A stretch of DNA of 64,000 nt from Balanoglossus misakiensis (Eukaryota; Animalia; Hemichordata): assembly GCA_040954595.2 (NCBI GenBank), contig CM082583.2, positions 1,808,925-1,872,924 of the forward strand. The letters are read 5' to 3'. Position numbers and translations under genes: made by a program. The notes under the pieces are model-generated. The model saw only the letters and a list, made by a program, of their open reading frames with translations. It was not told the origin of the DNA and did not search any database. Every line of letters begins with the position of its first letter. The stretch's first letter is position 1. This document shows, one piece after another, positions 47,781-60,303 of this stretch.

Positions 47781-49299
47781 GGTCGTTCGAAATTCAATGT
47801 TCTAATTGTAAGTATACATTATTGTTGATGCTTCGGTCAAGTTGTTCTTTGGGAAAGACAAATGAGAATACTGGGCTCAAGAGTAATCGATGTAAACCCC
47901 CCCAATGTAAACATACTTTTTAGCCGTTCGTCATTTTGTTTGTTCGAATTAGAATGTCAAAACGACATCACGATTGATAGGGCCCTACGGAGCAAAAATC
48001 AATAAAATGTGGGCGTGGCTAAAGCTCTGACGCCACTATATATTGTTACAACAATTGACCTCAAATGGGCATCCCGCGCCCGCCAAAAGCAATCAAATTT
48101 CTATACCCACGCGATCCAGCTAGTTCTTACGTACCCGCGGAACGTGTTGTCAGCTGAATATATCATGTCGACACGAATTATCAAGATAGCGGTCACTGAA
48201 GAGCAGGAGAAAGCACTGGCAATTTTCTCTGCCGAGCTTTCGGTCATCGACCGGCGGGGGCACATAAGTTCACCTGCTGCGACCGCGGGGGTTAGTACCG
48301 TGCGTGGTATCGGCTACTGGCGAGTTTGATGCGGGGGACACTGCCGGTGTCTATCGGATGCAGCAGCCGTCGAAGTAAACACCGTGTCCATGAGCACATC
48401 GGCTACCGGAGATTCAGTCAACTCCTGTGAATTTTGTTTTTGTTCGCAATGTGTTACCACACACAGGCAGTCTTGGCTAGTCCGTGGTCTCTACCCGAAT
48501 TTACCCGGTGTTTCTTACGTTGGGCATAAATGGCACTGATAAGGCTTTACCCTCTTCACTTTGTACGGTTGGTACACAAATACAAACGGTCCTTTTCAGG
48601 ACCAACACAATTTCCAAGAAGAGAACTACCTATTTTATGGATGTGTGCATGTTCATGTGTGATAAATTTGGTATGATCATATCCCCGTTTTCAGGTCTCG
48701 CACACTTTGCAATCAACGCCACAATGTATCAATGGTGCCCAATTTTGATTTGCATAATATGTCAATCACGCAGATTCAAACTGAACATCGTACCGATATA
48801 CCGGTCATATCTCGGGGACAAAATGATTTCATCTTCGGTTTTCGAAAGTATTTTCAAATTGTATTGCACCAGAAACCGCGGATGTCGTGCTAAATAAACT
48901 CATGCACTCCTTTTTGAATTAAGAGGGGGAAAAAATCATCGGTAGACCTAATTTTACTGTCTATTATGGACAACGTCCGTTCTGTTGTTAGTGAGTTTGA
49001 ATCTCCCACTATTATGCCAACTCTCGCATGCTCTCGCGCTTTAATACGGGAGTTCCGCCTCTAAAAAATTTCAATAATGAGAAGAAAAAAACTAAAAAAA
49101 AAAGCAAAATCTGCCAACTGACAAACAAAACAAATAAAAAAATATAAACTATATGACAAAAAATAACGAGATAAGCGTAGATATATCTTTGGTTTAGCAC
49201 AAACTAATCTAATATACCAAAAGACCACAGCGAGACCCTGCTTCCTCTCTCTTTCGGCAAATAACACATGGGTGTAACTGTTAAGCATAAGTTAAATAT

Positions 49300-52290
49300 T
49301 ACACACCTCAGACTGGTGCTCTCTGAGATCACCCTCCCTAGTGCAGGCTTCAAATCATGTTGTAACACACCTCATCCACAGTCAGACGTCTTTGTTCTTA
49401 TTCGTCCATCGATAGTCACGTGGTATGGTTTCTTTGTGCGCTGATGCATATTAAACGACGTCATCAGTTTTCGGAACTGTTGCCTGCCGGGCATCAGTTC
49501 CAAAAAAGATGCACGCTCACTTCAAAAACAATATATTGCGCATGCGCGAAATGGAAAGTAAACAAAGATGTCGTCTGCAGCCGAGGGAAACGATAGTCGA
49601 GAAATTTCACCATAGACTTTGTGTATAGTGAGTTCTTATGCGTAGCTGCGGATGAGATGTGTTACAAAACACATGTTGACTGGCTTTTCGGGCAACAGCA
49701 TACGTCTTTCACCCCTCAGGACTGTGAGTCCCTATAACAGACGTATGATGATGTCCTCCTAGCCAGTATAATTTTGCTCTCGCTATCATGTGTTATTTAA
49801 GCAATAACCCCCGCCACAGGCGGGTATACGCGAGATTTTGGTACAATTCGAGACATATAGCACGAGCCGTCAGGCGAGTGCTATATGGAGCGAATTGTAC
49901 CAAAATCGAGTGCTATTATATTATATCGACAATTGTTTTTGTGAAATATCAGTGTCATTTTCTTACCGAAACGGCGTCAGAAAGAGAAATTACGATCGTG
50001 AACCAACATGAATGTAAACACGAGCGGCCGCGATCCAGCCGGGATCGAGCATTAAACATGAAGCAGACGACAAAAAGTGACAAGACGGGCATCGCGTGTG
50101 ACAAAGTGACAAATATTTTCACAGAGCAGTTCCAAAATAAAACGTCCGTTAATTCAACAGTAGTTTTGTTTTATTTATTTGGTTTAAACACGCGCGACTG
50201 TGGTTTAACCGCACATTTTTGCTGCCGTATGCTAGTTCAGGGGCCCGTTTTAGCAATGCCAGCAGTGCATTGTTGAGTATTTTAGCATCGCTGGATTGAG
50301 CTCTCGTCTAATCAGAATTGCGGACGGTAGTATGATATAATATGATTAATATTATATTTTATCATATGCTCATGCTGATATCACCTCCTCCTAGTGACGT
50401 TTAACGTGAATATCACCACGTTTAGTGTGAATTATTACACCTCACGTATTATACCGTTTTCGTGATTGGCTGAGACGCGCTCACGTGATATAGAAAAAAA
50501 AGTGATATAACATGGCTAGAGTTGATAAAGCCCTGTCGCGTGCGCTGATATTGACCGCTGGGTTGTTTTGGTGTTCTGCGCGCGACTTCTGCGCGTTCCA
50601 AACTGTCGTTCAATGGCTTCCTTCACGATCAGTCAACTCCCGCATCTATATGGCTTCAAAGCGACACACAGGCTTAACACCTGTTCAACTGGATGATATT
50701 TTACTGCAAACGGGCAGTAAATACACCAAAATCGCAACCAACAGCGCAGTATTTTCAAAATAATCTAAGTTCGAAGAAGGTATCGTATAATTCTTGGGAG
50801 ATCGAGACATTTTACATTCTCAGCAACGTACGACATATGGACGCGAGTCTACATGCTACATGCTGCAGTGTATGTACGTTCAAATGTTCGGCGTAATAAA
50901 ATTAATAACACATTATGCTCGGGCAACATCACGATTTGAAGCCTGTCCTCGGGCTGGTGATCTCTGACCACAATATTGATGATACCCTCGCCTGCGGCTC
51001 GGGCATCATCAATATTATGGTCAGAGATCACCATCCCTCGTGCAGGCTTCAAATCGTGATATTGCCCTCGCTATCATGTGTTATTATTTAAATATCACCC
51101 GGTGATATTTCACACTAAACGTCATCATTTCTTGCGCTGATACCCGGAACTATGTTTATGAAAATCGCGATCTTAAATGTAAACAAATATAACCCGATAC
51201 AGGGCCCGGTTTCATGAGATTTGATATACCGGTAGTCAACATCGAAAGTCATGGGGTTCTGATGGCCTCGGACATTTGTTATAAATAAAAGATTTATCTT
51301 GTGTGATTGATTTAGAAAAAAAACACGATTGTCAGTTACACCTGTAAACAATACCGCCTTGCTCAGACAGCAGGAAGAGATGTCAAACATCCTCGCCCAA
51401 TCTTCATCCAAACACGTCGAAAATCGGGCAATTTCACATGTGAAATCTGGTTCGACCAGTTCAAGTACGTGTCAGATGGAAACGGCGACAAGGGTTGGTA
51501 TATTTAGCGACGTAGTGATATATGGCGGCTCGTTCAATATCTGTACGTTTCCAGTGCGACGTCGACGGGATCATCCTCCATGACACAGCCCCCGCCACCG
51601 TACAAACGACGCCGTCGTGCAGTCAGATATGACTCTCCGTGCTCATCAGAAAATTCACAAAAAATGAGCAGACTTTGAGACTCTTGAACTTTGAAATAAA
51701 AGGCCTCTGGCTTTATTTGCAATTTAACTAATTTCATACCGATTTTGAATTTCATCGCAATGTTGATGACGTTCACTTGTTCGTTGTTGTTGTTGCACCG
51801 ATTCAAGTTCAATTTTCAGAATGTGTTGTTTTGCATGATGCAGAGCGGTCCTTGAACAATTTACTAGTCTAAAACATCTTTGACTTACCGATGTTGTCGT
51901 TTCCTACCGTTATTTTACATCTTAACAGTTATCCTCATACTTTTACGTAGCCGTACGCTAGCGCTACACTAAAATGGCGGGTCACGTCAACATCATCATG
52001 AATGAAGCCGATTTACAATTTTATTAAAATATCAATGCGCTAGGCGGAATAAAATAATTCATAAAAATTGAAAAGTTCTTGTTTTATTTTTTCATTTTTC
52101 TTGTAAATTCCGAGGTTTGAGCATATGATAAATCGGTTATCGCCCCATATCACCTCTTGTTGGGCCATATTTGCCGCTCGTGTGGGTTGTGAGCTGCATC
52201 ACACTCGTCTTCGACTCGTGTGATGCGGCTCACAACCCACACTCACGGCAAATATGGCCCAACAAGAGGTGATATGGGACGATAACCTCA
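49300..52290. repeat. Nested non-autonomous repeat debris with long palindromes and a possible Crypton-type C-terminal remnant
   Basis: Hairpins at 49834-49907, 50921-51067 and 52135-52287; repeated tgcaggcttcaaatc and ctcgctatcatgtgttatt; ORF 51329-51583 (QQEEMSNIL...GIFSDVVIYGGSFNI) resembles Crypton YR tails. Confidence 0.55.
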
Positions 52291-53919
52291 TAATATTGTC
52301 ACTCGCATAACAAGTGTGACAATGACATTCAGCCAAGATGACTGTAGGCCTACTCAGGCTACAAGTATACATACTGGATTGATTGACTCGTACTTTTGTA
52401 ATTCCATGCAGGTGACAACCCAAGCAGTCCATTCTTCGATATCAAATGACGTCAGACGCGCTCAGGCGGCAGTTTCGTTCGCGTTCAAATTTCCAGATGA
52501 CGGGCAACTTCAGCAACGTGGTCCAGACAAAGACAGTGCAGACAAAATGCAATGAGGCTGATGAGGCACCATACCTGATACATGTTACGTGTCTGACGGT
52601 TTTAAAGTAAAAATATTCTCGGACAAACTTTTATTGGATGCCGAAGTATTGATTGCCCGTCATCTGGAAATGACAACGCCGTTGGTCACATGATTGATAG
52701 TAAAGAATTGGACTCCATTAGAAGAGCTCACGGAAGTTGAATTCGAAATGAGTGCTCTTCTTCGCTTTCGTATTTAGTCACAGTGTTACTATTATTGGCA
52801 CGACCACTGTTTTCTGTGCGCCTTTTTGACAACAGCTTCATTATACAAAGAATCGACAATTCTGCACTTAATTTGTTGGCAAACGCTATCGTCATGACTT
52901 TGAATCATTCCTGAACTCTGATCTTTTTGCAATTAAACTCAAACAAAATTAAGAATGCATAACGTTTTTGTGAAAAGAAAACGAGAAGGAACCAATAGAG
53001 TATTATTTGCAAATCTGAGTAATGTTTTCCTTCATTCATACCAGATCAATCTTGCTTGATTGTATAATTCATGTCCTATATTTTCTATATGATCTACATG
53101 TAATAGATATCCATCGAAATACCCTGTGATAGTAAAAGGCAAATTGTAAATATTTATGAATACTTCGGGAGCTGCGCAAGCGCAGATTACATTTGTCAAA
53201 TCACACTGGGTAGATACAGAGCCTCTTGTCTACGAAAGATGATATTGCTGTGATCCGTCGTTCCTTCCAAGCGTCTGCAGTATAATGATGACGTCTTCGC
53301 GAGAGCGAACTACAGTTGGGTTTAGCGGGCCCAGCAGAGTTTCCAAAATGTTCAGCTCCTTCTTGTAAAGCCCCAGGAACGGCACCATGTAGGATGCCCA
53401 GTCTTGGTCAATTTGCTGGCTCCACCGCTTCCAGTAGAGCTGTCCGTATAACTGATTGCAGCGGGCGGTGCACTGGTGGTATTCTCCGAATGGCAGAGCT
53501 TCAACGCCTCGTACATGTCCTTCGATTTATCGAAAGCTGGAAGAACAATGCGAATAATTGTGTTGTTATATGATGAGAAAAGGCCAGTTCCCACTGCTGG
53601 AACACATTATGTGGATGGCGTTTTTTTCAATAATACTGTAACGAAAATAATGTCGGACTGAGGTCCCAACATTGTCAAGCCTTAGTGAATGTCGAACCTT
53701 GGACAAAACAGTCAACTCAACGGTAGCGTAAACGTAGCACGTTCGAGCCTGGGCGGCGTAGATGAGCTGGAAAATGCAGTATGAACTGTTAACATACCCA
53801 ACCAACCTGAGCGTTGCGCTCACACAAATACCAAGAAAAACCTCGGAATTACGATCCGAATACATAACTAAACCTCTCAGAGGTTACAAAGTGTTCCCAC
53901 AAGCGTAGAGAAAGGTTTG

Positions 53920-54379
53920 AACGAAAATATAAGAAAGAAAGAGGTAAAGTACGAATTCAGATCACACAACCGACAGCACGATGCTCACAGTTCAACCGCC
54001 ATGTCTCGTCTTATGGATGTTAAGGGGAGTCACCATACATGCAGCAAGCCGACGTGATACAAGCTCCACCCCAATCGTTGAAACACACAAATGTGTGTAT
54101 ATAACTTGTTGTCCAATCAGAATGGCAGATGGTAGCATGATATAATAATAATTTCAAAGTATACATATGTAGGAGTACTTCGAAGTGCATACTCCGAGTT
54201 CAAAGACCGAGTCGGACTTCTAAGTACGAGTACTCGGACTTGTACACTCCGAGTAGTGGCTGTACTCGGACTTGTATACACCGAGTTGCACTCGGTGCTC
54301 GGACTTGCGTACTCCGAGTTACATACTGAAAGACAACGGACGGCAAAAATCATGTTTTCATTACTCAAGAAGTCATTTA
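53920..54379. repeat. 460-bp direct duplication, copy A (copy B at 56539-56998)
   Basis: aacgaaaatataagaaag...caagaagtcattta flanks both sides of the LINE; only one mismatch noticed. Confidence 0.93.
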
Positions 54380-54496
54380 AATTAAATTAATTATTATTTT
54401 ATTCATATACAGTAGGCCACCGGCCCAAATGTATACATATGATTGATACACAAGATATGCACGAGGGTGCCCAACAAAATTAAGCATTTGAGGTTA

Positions 54497-54543
<47 letters not shown>

Positions 54544-56538
54544 TAAGTTGAATCAGCTGCTGTATTTGCTCTTTTCTTCATAGCATAGAAAATGTATTTA
54601 GACAGATTTCGTATCACCGTGCTATTTTCAGACGTACAAAGCAAAACAAATTTTACATAGGATGGTGCAATATAGAAGTGTGTAGGCAAATATTTGGCCC
54701 TTAAATCATCATAAAACGGACATACAATGCAGAAGTGAAATTCGTCTTCAATGACATTCTTGTCACAAAAACAGCAAATTCTTTCAGGACGATTCAATAA
54801 AGGTCTATCAGATTCTATTCGTAAAGAATGTGCAGATACTCTTAAGCGACATAAGGCATTGCGATATTTTTCTTGAAGTGGAACAGAAAGGTACTTTTCC
54901 CGCCCAAATGTACACTTGAGACTACAATAGGTATCCAACTTTGAATACATTGCCAGACCAGCATGCCATTCTTGAATAAAAACGTCTTGACATCGCTGTT
55001 TAAATAGACTGATAAAAGTATTTATGCACCCAACCCCTTGATTAATCCACACTTCCCCAAAACCTAGTGAAAACAATAATTGCTTGACTCCAGAAGCCCA
55101 ACAATCACGTCCCTTTTCTGCCTCAGAGTGTTGGAAATTATAACAATGGTAGGCAATACGGTAATGTGACATCGTCAACAATTTGAACCAATATTTGATA
55201 ACCCTAGTTAGCCTAAATGTGCGAATAGAAAAACGACCAAGTTCGCCCTTGACTGCAAGATTAGCTGTATTGTGTTTGAGCTTTAAAATAAAACGACAGA
55301 AATCATTATGCACTTTTTCAATCTGTTCCCCTGCATGTAACCCCCAAATTTCGCTTCCATACATCATGATGGGTAGAATCTTCCCATCAAAAACTTTGAA
55401 AGCCAGACTCACATCAATACAGTCAAACTTACATAATGCCCGCTTCACATTAAACAGCGCTTTCGTAGCTTGTAACGCTAGTTGACCTTGAGCCCGACTC
55501 CACAGACCAGAACTGGAAAATAAAATTCCAAGATAGCTGTATGCGGGAACAACCTCTACTCTCTGCCCATTCAAAAACCATTTCTCTGTAGATTTAAGTC
55601 TACCCGCTTTCCTAAAGACAATAATTTTTTATTTGGAAATATTGACTTTGAGCTTCCATTTGCTAGCATATGAAGATAAATTATTTAGTAATCTCTGTAG
55701 GCCAATTTGGGTTGTACTAAATAAAGACAAGTCATCAGCGAAAAGGAGAAAAAAGAGTTTCATGGTGGCAATGTGAACTCCTGCATATTCATGTTCAACC
55801 GAACCCCCCAAGTCGTTAATGAATAGCAGAGGTGACAATATGCTGCCTTGCTGCACTCCCATTTCACACCTGAAGAAATCTGTAATACCAGCTGGCGAAC
55901 GAATGCACGCAGTTACATTAGCATACATCGATCGTAAAACAGAAAAAACCTTGCCCTTTAACCCTGCTTTAAATAGCTTGTAAAATAAAAGACTGTGGTT
56001 AATGCGATCAAAAGCTTTTTCAAAATCAATGAAGGCGCAATACAGTCTACCACTCAGATATAAATACCTTGTAATAATGGTTTGCAAAATAAAAATATTA
56101 TCAATAGTTGAGTATTTTTTGCGAAATCCTGCTTGTTGTTCCACTAGAGGAAAATGAATATTCGACCAGGAAAGCAATCTCTGATAAATTATATCACTGA
56201 AAACCTTGTTAATGGTGGGTAACAATGTGATCCCTCTATAATTATTTACATCTTCCCTGGAGCCTTTTTTGTGAAGCGGGACAATCAACCCTTGCACCCA
56301 TTGCTTTGGAAAACAGCCAGTGTTGAGAATTGTCTTAAATATCTGAAGAATCAAATGTTTAAGTTGAATGGGAGAATTAATCAATATTTCTGGAGAGATC
56401 CCGTCAATCCCCGGGGCTTTGTTAGGTTTCAACCTGGAGAGCGAGTTATTCAATTCATCCATTGTTATATCAGCATCAAGCTCAGCTAAGTCTAACTGTA
56501 TATCCTGAAAGTCGTCCTCAGAGGTCAAACCCTCTAAA
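54380..56538 (-). mobile_element. 5'-truncated RTE-X-like LINE with one frameshift (~55625)
   Basis: KAPGIDGI, NYRGITLL, QAGFR, FIDFEKAFD, GVQQG, FADD; C-terminal CCHC knuckle ERICCFC...EDEFHF...CPFY. Confidence 0.88.
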
Positions 56539-56784
56539 AACGAAAATATAAGAAAGAAAGAGGTAAAGTACGAATTCAGATCACACAACCGACAGCACGA
56601 TGCTCACAGTTCAACCGCCATGTCTCGTCTTATGGATGTTAAGGGGAGTCACCATACATGCAGCAAGCCGACGTGATACAAGCTCCACCCCAATCGTTGA
56701 AACACACAAATGTGTGTATATAACTTGTTGTCCAATCAGAATGGCAGATGGTAGCATGATATAATAATAATTTCAAAGTATACA

Positions 56785-57804
56785 TATGTAGGAGTACTTC
56801 GAAGTGCATACTCCGAGTTCAAAGACCGAGTCGGACTTCTAAGTACGAGTACTCGGACTTGTACACTCCGAGTAGTGGCTGTACTCGGACTTGTATACAC
56901 CGAGTTGCACTCGGTGCTCGGACTTGCGTACTCCGAGTTACATACTGAAAGACAACGGACGGCAAAAATCATGTTTCCATTACTCAAGAAGTCATTTATT
57001 GCTTACTACCACGATCGGTGTTCGTGATGTCTTGTTGCGCCAGTTTTGAATAGGCATGGGCTTTATACCCATAAAAACATTCACAGGGCTAGTTCAAACA
57101 GTCACTCCCGGGCGTTCACTAAAGCATAGCACGTAACTGCACTCACACAACCGTTTTTCAAAATAAAAAAATATTACGTTTATTTAGACATAAAAACGAA
57201 GGGCAAGTATACCGATCACGGAACAATGCGGAAGCGAGTAGTCATATTCATCGGGCGATCATCGGATGAGCGCAGTGCGACCTCGACCATATTTCAACCG
57301 ATGACGTCATAGCAGTATTTGCATTTCGATTTCGTTAGCGTACTTTTCACTTAGCTACTAAAATTGACAAACCAATGAGCTCCTTATAAAATTCAGTGTA
57401 AAATCAGACTTCGATATGATCTAGTAGATAGGAAAGATCAGTATTTAACCAAACGGAAATTACGCGGAGTGTGCATTTTGTACATGATACCATACAGCAT
57501 GTCGAGAGATTGAAAGAAAGTTGAATGTTGCGATACTTTCAAAACCCCTCGATCGATTTGACTGGAAGCTCAGTATAAAGTATTCCCACATTTTTATCGC
57601 AATATCGAATATTATTTGTGCTTTTAAAAGCTGGCTTTTATTCAACTGTAACTCGGAGTACGCAAGTCCGAGCACCGAGTGCAACTCGGTGTATACAAGT
57701 CCGAGTACAGCCACTACTCGGAGTGTACAAGTCCGAGTACTCGGACTTAGAAGTCCGACTCAGTCTTTGAACTCGGAGTATGCACTTCGACGTACTCTTA
57801 CATA
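56785..57804. mobile_element. MITE with ~160-bp TIRs built of ctcgga/ccgagt motifs, TATGT..ACATA ends
   Basis: 56785-56942 is inverted at 57647-57804; no clear TSD. Confidence 0.75.
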
Positions 57805-57808
57805 CCTT

Positions 57809-57810
<2 letters not shown>

Positions 57811-57844
<34 letters not shown>

Positions 57845-57950
57845 TGTGTGTGTGTGTGTGTGTGTGTGTACATGTATGTATGTATGTATGTATGTATCTT
57901 TTCGTCCGTCCGTCTGTCTGTCTTTCTGTCTGTCTGTCTGTCTGTCTGTT
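57811..57950. repeat. Compound microsatellite (TG)n(TATG)n(TCTG)n
   Basis: Directly visible. Confidence 0.95.
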
Positions 57951-58120
57951 CTTTCTTCCGAATCGACCCAGTCATGTAGCAAGTCACCGTCACAGCGCAG
58001 GACAGCAAGCTGGGCCAAATATAGGTCGGACTCACTCCCTGTAGGTACATTCGAACCCCGAACCAAACTTCACCGCATTTATCTTCCCTGTGGACTTGTT
58101 AGCTTCATCATTTAGAAACT

Positions 58121-59012
58121 AAACAAGTGACCTATCGGTCAAAAGAGCTCTGCTGACTTTAACAGTGTAACCTGGGTAATGATATGAATACCCTAGGTTT
58201 TAATTCATAACAATTGTATTCTATTGAACAAAACCAAACATAGACATCACAAGTATTTATCCAAATGCAGCTTGATTCATTGTGCTAAAGAAAGAAAGAA
58301 TTTAATCCTAAAGAACAACATCAAAAGGAAGCACCAAGGTTCCAATTTGCATATTCATGACCCCATCAAAATTCCAATTAACAAAATCAGGTAGGGGCAC
58401 CATAACACACATTCCTACCAAATTTCAGCTCCATCGTACATGTAGTTAGTTAGGGAGAAGAAGATTTTTGACCAAAAATTCTTTTTTAGATCTAATTTGC
58501 ATATTTATGACCCCACCATATCCAAATTAACAAAATCAGGTAGGGGCACCATAACACACATTCCAACCAAAGTTCATCTCCATCGTACATGTAGTTATGG
58601 AGAAGAAGATTTGTGACCAGAAATTCTATTTTTAGATCTAATTTGCATATTCATGACCCCATCAAACCCAAATTTACAAAATCAGGTAGGGGGACCATAA
58701 CACACATTCCATACCAAATTTCATCTCCATCGTACATGTAGTTAATGGGAAGAATTTTTGACCGAAAATTCTATTGTTAGATCTAATTTGCATATTCATG
58801 ACCCTATCAAATCCAAATTAACAAAATCAGTTAAGGGCACCATAACACACATTCTAACCAAATTTCAGCTAAATATGCCAAGTTGTTTTAAAGAAGAAGA
58901 TTGAAATACCAAAAGTTGACGGACGACGGGCGGACGGACGGACGGACAACGGACGGACACTTATCAACCTATTGCTACAACTCGGCTGACACAAGTGACA
59001 GCAGAGCTAAAA
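58121..59012. mobile_element. Helentron-associated (HINE/DINE-1-like) non-autonomous element with internal ~120-bp tandem repeats
   Basis: Sub-terminal inverted agagctctgctg / cagcagagct, (GGAC)n microsatellite, and 4-5 copies of aatttgcatattcatgacccc...ggcaccataacacacattc. Confidence 0.65.
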
Positions 59013-60303
59013 AGCCACTTGGCAAACACATATTGGTCAGGTTCTTTCAACAAATCGTTAACCTTGAATTGGGACATTGAGATACATGAGTTCGTCAAAA
59101 GCAATGGAAGCACCCGCTCACTTATTTCGGGGACTGCTCAAATTCTGCTATGTCATACACGGGAAAATGCACTGGGAATACAAAAAACGAAAGTCATTTC
59201 CAGCACTACAAAATTTGGAAATTTGCTACAAAAGTGAAGGATTTGGAAGTTCTCTTGAGAAATATAAACAGTATTGAAATTCATGAGCGGATGTTTGAAT
59301 GACGTGTTAGTGTGCAATAAAGACTGACTAGAATACCGTTGAAAGCGCACATAATCATTGTTTATTTATTACAAAAAACAACTAACATTTTCAGAAAAGT
59401 TTTTAATTCATTCAAAGGCATAGTCGTCAACACTGAAAAACAATTACATCATCATCAAATAATATCAATAATTGAAAACCTTCAACATGACGGACGTTCA
59501 GCGGCAAGCATCCGGAACCTATACTGAAAGCCCTCATGGATTAATTCTTTGACATAATAGTATATACTGACAATTACTGTTCCAGGATTAACCTACCAAA
59601 ATGCCCTACGCAAGAATCAACAGAAATTCTCTTGGTCACTCGATGAACCGAGCAGTTACCTTTAAAATGAAGGAAAGGTTTATTCACATCTCTTTAATTG
59701 TGTCCGACTGAAAGAATCTTTTGACAGCGAATGGCCCTATAAAGTAAGAGTTCATGCATTGAATTTTACTAAACTTGTCAGAGATATTGGCGTGCAATTG
59801 TTTTATACTGTTTTGCTTTTTATTTTTTTTTATTAATTGTTTTCTATTGAAAATGACCAACCACAATACGCATTTACCCATCGTCTCGGTGTCAGTACAT
59901 ACAATACACCAATGTGAAGTTGATTTGTCTTGTAAAGCAAGATACATTTTAATGGTAATCTCAAATCTACATTGCCTCAATTACATCTATTGACTCAAAT
60001 AAGTAATGGTCAATTTTCATATACTGTATTGTTTTTTTTTAATCTTTCCAGTTTCTAATCGAAAAGATGTTAATTCAAATATTAATAGAAGCAAACTTGT
60101 CTAATAGCGTTATACATGTATTTTGAAAATACCGCACTCAATCTGGTCAAAATTGATACGGTTCTTGATACGACAGGGATATACGAGATATTTAGGAGTG
60201 TTATGTTAATAAGTGGCTAATTAGCAATTTAACGTATTTCTCAATAGAATTAGCTCTATAAATCTAGACAGAATTTTTGCAGAATTTTGCAAATATTCTG
60301 TGA

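Noticed and set aside
48165-48640. Cys-rich remnant (CEFCFCSQCVT..RQSWL) resembling transposon accessory genes
   Set aside because: Fragmentary, with no termini or family assignable from sequence alone.
53230-53540. Possible TPR-like exon on the minus strand (GEYHQCTARCNQLYGQLYW...LETLLGPLNP)
   Set aside because: Needs a frameshift and lacks a convincing gene structure; too weak to call.
54498-54541. Long poly(A) as the LINE tail
   Set aside because: The LINE is on the minus strand, so this is a poly(T) tract in its 3' UTR; the 3' end is near 54380.
57521-58115. ORFs with CVCV/HTHT repeats
   Set aside because: Translations of microsatellite and MITE sequence.
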